Assembly (NCBI GenBank): GCA_027056485.1
Contig: JALUKQ010000187.1
Location: 35,073-99,072 of the forward strand
Length of the DNA stretch: 64,000 nucleotides
Reading direction: 5' to 3'
Source of the DNA: Campylobacteraceae bacterium
GTDB lineage: Bacteria; Campylobacterota; Campylobacteria; Campylobacterales; Sulfurovaceae
Under the pieces are notes generated by a model. The model had not been told where the DNA came from, did not search any database, and saw only the letters and a program-made list of their open reading frames with translations. The translations under genes were made by a program, and so were the position numbers. Position 1 is the stretch's first letter; each line of letters starts with the position of its first letter. This document shows positions 61,384 through 64,000 of this stretch, in pieces.

Positions 61384-62406
61384 ATGAAAATGACAAAAAT
61401 TGTAAAAGTAATTGCTTTAGCTTCGCTATTGGCTCCAACACTTTATGGGGCAAGTACAGCAGGGTGTAAAGGGTGTCACGGTGCAACCTTTGAGAAAAAA
61501 GCTATGGGTAAATCTAAAGTAGTAAAAGATTTAAGTAAAGCAGATATTGTAAAAGCACTTAAAGGTTACAAAGATGGCTCTTACGGTGGTGCAATGAAAG
61601 GCATGATGAAAGGTCAGGTTGCTGCTCTTTCTGATGCAGATATTGAAGCCATTGCTGGTGAGATTACAGGTGGTGGGGCTAAAGCTCCTGCTGCTAAAAC
61701 AGATGCTCCAGCAGCAGCACCTGCTGCAAAAGGTGTTGTGGATATTAATGAAAAAATTGACACTCCAGAGAGATTAGCAAAAGATGACCTTGGTAATAAA
61801 AAAGTAGTTACAGAGTCGGTTCTTGGTTTAAGAAAAACAGACTTGTACAGTGAAAAAGAAGATACGGTAGGAATGAAAACGCAGTACAGTTCAGATGCTC
61901 CTGGAACCTCTCAAAGACTTGCAAGAGCATTTCAAGATGCACCACCTATGATTCCTCACTCTGTTGAGGGGCTTCTTCCTATTAAAGCAGGGAACAATCA
62001 GTGTATTGGTTGTCACATGCCAGAAGCAGCTAAAGGAGTAGGGGCAACACCAATTCCTAAGTCTCACTTTACAAACTTTAGACCAAAACATAAGTTTGAT
62101 GGTAAAATGTTTAAAAAATCTATTGATAACCTCAAAAATGAGGTATCTATTTCTAAACCAAGTGATAAACTCTCTATGGCAAGATTTAACTGTTCTCAGT
62201 GTCACGCTCCACAATCAAAAGGAGATTTGGCTGTATCAAATACATTCCAAGGTGGATTCTCTGAAAAGAACGGTAAAAGTGCCTCTTCATGGTATGACCA
62301 TATGAATGATGACTTAGCAACGGTTGGTGAAGGTAACTCTGTGGTTACTGAAGCTGATATTGCAAATAAAAACTCTGCTGCAGGTTCTATGGACAGTGGA
62401 CATTAA
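61384..62406 (+). CDS. napB: NapB diheme cytochrome fused to an N-terminal cytochrome c553-like domain (3 CXXCH)
   Basis: CKGCH, CIGCH, CSQCH; RAFQDAPPMIPH NapB signature. Confidence 0.9.
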   Translation: MKMTKIVKVIALASLLAPTLYGASTAGCKGCHGATFEKKAMGKSKVVKDLSKADIVKALKGYKDGSYGGAMKGMMKGQVAALSDADIEAIAGEITGGGAKAPAAKTDAPAAAPAAKGVVDINEKIDTPERLAKDDLGNKKVVTESVLGLRKTDLYSEKEDTVGMKTQYSSDAPGTSQRLARAFQDAPPMIPHSVEGLLPIKAGNNQCIGCHMPEAAKGVGATPIPKSHFTNFRPKHKFDGKMFKKSIDNLKNEVSISKPSDKLSMARFNCSQCHAPQSKGDLAVSNTFQGGFSEKNGKSASSWYDHMNDDLATVGEGNSVVTEADIANKNSAAGSMDSGH

Positions 62407-62409
62407 AGT

Positions 62410-62910
62410 ATGAAAAGAAGAGAGCTATTTAGCTCTTTTACTTCTGCATTTAGAGACGATTCTAATGCAGAGGTCAAAGAGAGCGTTATTCGACCACCCT
62501 ATTATGCAGATTTGGAGAGTTTCTTTAAACTTTGTGTAGAGTGTGAAGATAAAAGTTGTGTCAGTGTTTGTGAAGAAGATATTATTTTCATTATGAATGA
62601 TGGTACACCTGTGCTCGATTTGACCACCTCTACTGGTTGTACATTTTGTGATGAGTGTGCCTTGGCATGTGAAGCAGATGTACTGCAAGTAGATAAAATA
62701 CGACAGATAGATGCACTCATAGAGATAGATATACTTAAATGTTTAAGTTGGCAGCAAACCATGTGTTTTTCATGTAAAGACCCATGTTTAGAAAATGCCA
62801 TTGACTTTTTAGGTATGTTTAGACCGACAATCAACCAAGACAAGTGTACCTCTTGTGGATTTTGTATCTACAAATGTCCCACCAATGCAATAACCATTAA
62901 AGGAGTTTAA
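62410..62910 (+). CDS. napF: Ferredoxin-type protein NapF
   Basis: RRELF, IRPPY, multiple Fe-S motifs. Confidence 0.92.
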   Translation: MKRRELFSSFTSAFRDDSNAEVKESVIRPPYYADLESFFKLCVECEDKSCVSVCEEDIIFIMNDGTPVLDLTTSTGCTFCDECALACEADVLQVDKIRQIDALIEIDILKCLSWQQTMCFSCKDPCLENAIDFLGMFRPTINQDKCTSCGFCIYKCPTNAITIKGV

Positions 62911-63921
62911 TTGCGAAAAATATTAATATTTTTACTCTTGTTTATGCAACTTAATGCCAAAGATTTAAAACCAACTTTTATATATAATGGCAGTGGTGCT
63001 GTAACAGACTTGGTCTATCAGGATAGCAAACTATATTCAGCAACTGCTGAAGGTACCATAGATATTTATGATACCAAAGAGCAAAAACTTATAAAAACCA
63101 TAAGTGTTCCTAAAATAAAAGATTTTGTAGGTGATGAAGTAGCATCAAAAGTTTACTCAGTTGATATAATAGATAATAAAATCATGATAGTTTCTCAAGG
63201 TAAAATGGGCTATAGAAGAGTGCATATCTACGCAGATAATAATTTAACTCAAATTATCTCTACCGATAAATCTTTTACCATTTCAAAGGCAAAGTTTATA
63301 GATAAAGAGCATCTTTTAATAGCTTTACTTAGCAATGAGCTTATCTTGTATGATATTAAAAAAGATAAAGTTATCTATAGAAACCAGATTTCAGCATCTA
63401 AATTTTCAGATTTTGCACTAAACGAGAAAAAAGACGAAGTGCTTATGGTCGATGAGAGTGGTGACTTGAAACTTGTTAGGGTTAAAGATGGAAAAGTTTT
63501 TAAAGAGCTCAAAGGTCAAAATGTTGATAATGTATTTCAAGTTGACTATAAAAATGGTATGATTATCACAGCAGGGCAAGATAGACGATGTGCCATTTAC
63601 TCAAAAGATGGAAAAACTGCCTATCATAAAGAGGGTAGTTTTCTCATCTACGGTGCAGGGCTTAGTCCAAGTGGAAAGATAGGTGCTTTTGCAGCAGATG
63701 AAAATAACAATGTACAGTTGTTTAATACTTCAAGTAAATCTGACTTGTATAAGCTAGGAAATCACAAGGCAACCATTAGCAGTATACTTTTTATAAACGA
63801 AGAGGAGCTATTTACAGCCAGTGATGACACACATATTAACTATTGGAACTTAAATGCGAATTTTGTAGCTAAAGAAAAAGATAGTATAGTTAAAGATAAC
63901 AACAAAACAAAGGAAAAATAG
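62911..63921 (+). CDS. napL: WD40-like periplasmic accessory protein NapL
   Basis: Signal peptide, beta-propeller repeats, position between napF and napD. Confidence 0.85.
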   Translation: MRKILIFLLLFMQLNAKDLKPTFIYNGSGAVTDLVYQDSKLYSATAEGTIDIYDTKEQKLIKTISVPKIKDFVGDEVASKVYSVDIIDNKIMIVSQGKMGYRRVHIYADNNLTQIISTDKSFTISKAKFIDKEHLLIALLSNELILYDIKKDKVIYRNQISASKFSDFALNEKKDEVLMVDESGDLKLVRVKDGKVFKELKGQNVDNVFQVDYKNGMIITAGQDRRCAIYSKDGKTAYHKEGSFLIYGAGLSPSGKIGAFAADENNNVQLFNTSSKSDLYKLGNHKATISSILFINEEELFTASDDTHINYWNLNANFVAKEKDSIVKDNNKTKEK

Positions 63922-64000
63922 ATGAATGTTTCAAGTATAGTAGTACAAACTTTACCCGAAAATGTAGAGGCAGTAATAGAACGTTTAAAAGAGAGTGGTG
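63922..64000 (+). CDS. napD: NapD chaperone (5' partial)
   Basis: AAGGA RBS; MNVSSIVVQTLPENVEAV; operon position. Confidence 0.88.
   Translation, partial: MNVSSIVVQTLPENVEAVIERLKESG

Noticed and set aside
364-62843. Many short antisense or out-of-frame ORFs in the track (e.g. 364-591, 30550-30963, 38531-39196, 58615-59019)
   Set aside because: They lie within well-supported genes, lack recognisable motifs and read as codon shadows

Overview
AT-rich bacterial chromosome segment. Gene content, gene order (purC-purS-purQ-SH3-plsC; S4-tsaE-lptB; napAGHBFLD) and extended -10 promoters point to Campylobacterota, probably a Sulfurovum/Sulfurimonas-like organism (inference). Most of it is housekeeping: murA, purL/Q/S/C, trpC/D, fabI, clpB, ctpA, dapD, queC, ybeY, atpB, lptB, tsaE, the carboxy(nor)spermidine dehydrogenase and decarboxylase, and the nap operon. 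I saw no rRNA, tRNA, CRISPR array, integrase or transposase. Most notable: (1) a three-heme NapB with a fused N-terminal cytochrome c553-like domain; (2) a two-gene operon of a GlmL/MutL-type ATPase and a degenerate adenylate-forming enzyme, with no mutase in the window; (3) a BRCT/LRV-thioredoxin-MoxR AAA-thiD-DUF2201/vWA operon whose HExxH site is lost; (4) a candidate structured sRNA at about 21495-21627; (5) GTAG-REP/REPIN elements whose GTAG provides the stop codon of four genes, plus a second REP-like family; (6) a trypsin-TM-MORN membrane protease; (7) a repetitive, Cys-patterned lipoprotein with a peptidoglycan-binding domain; (8) an accessory phospholipid-synthesis cluster; (9) TTGA-N6-TCAA boxes outlining a possible Nss-type regulon. 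All product calls come from reading motifs by eye; no searches were run.
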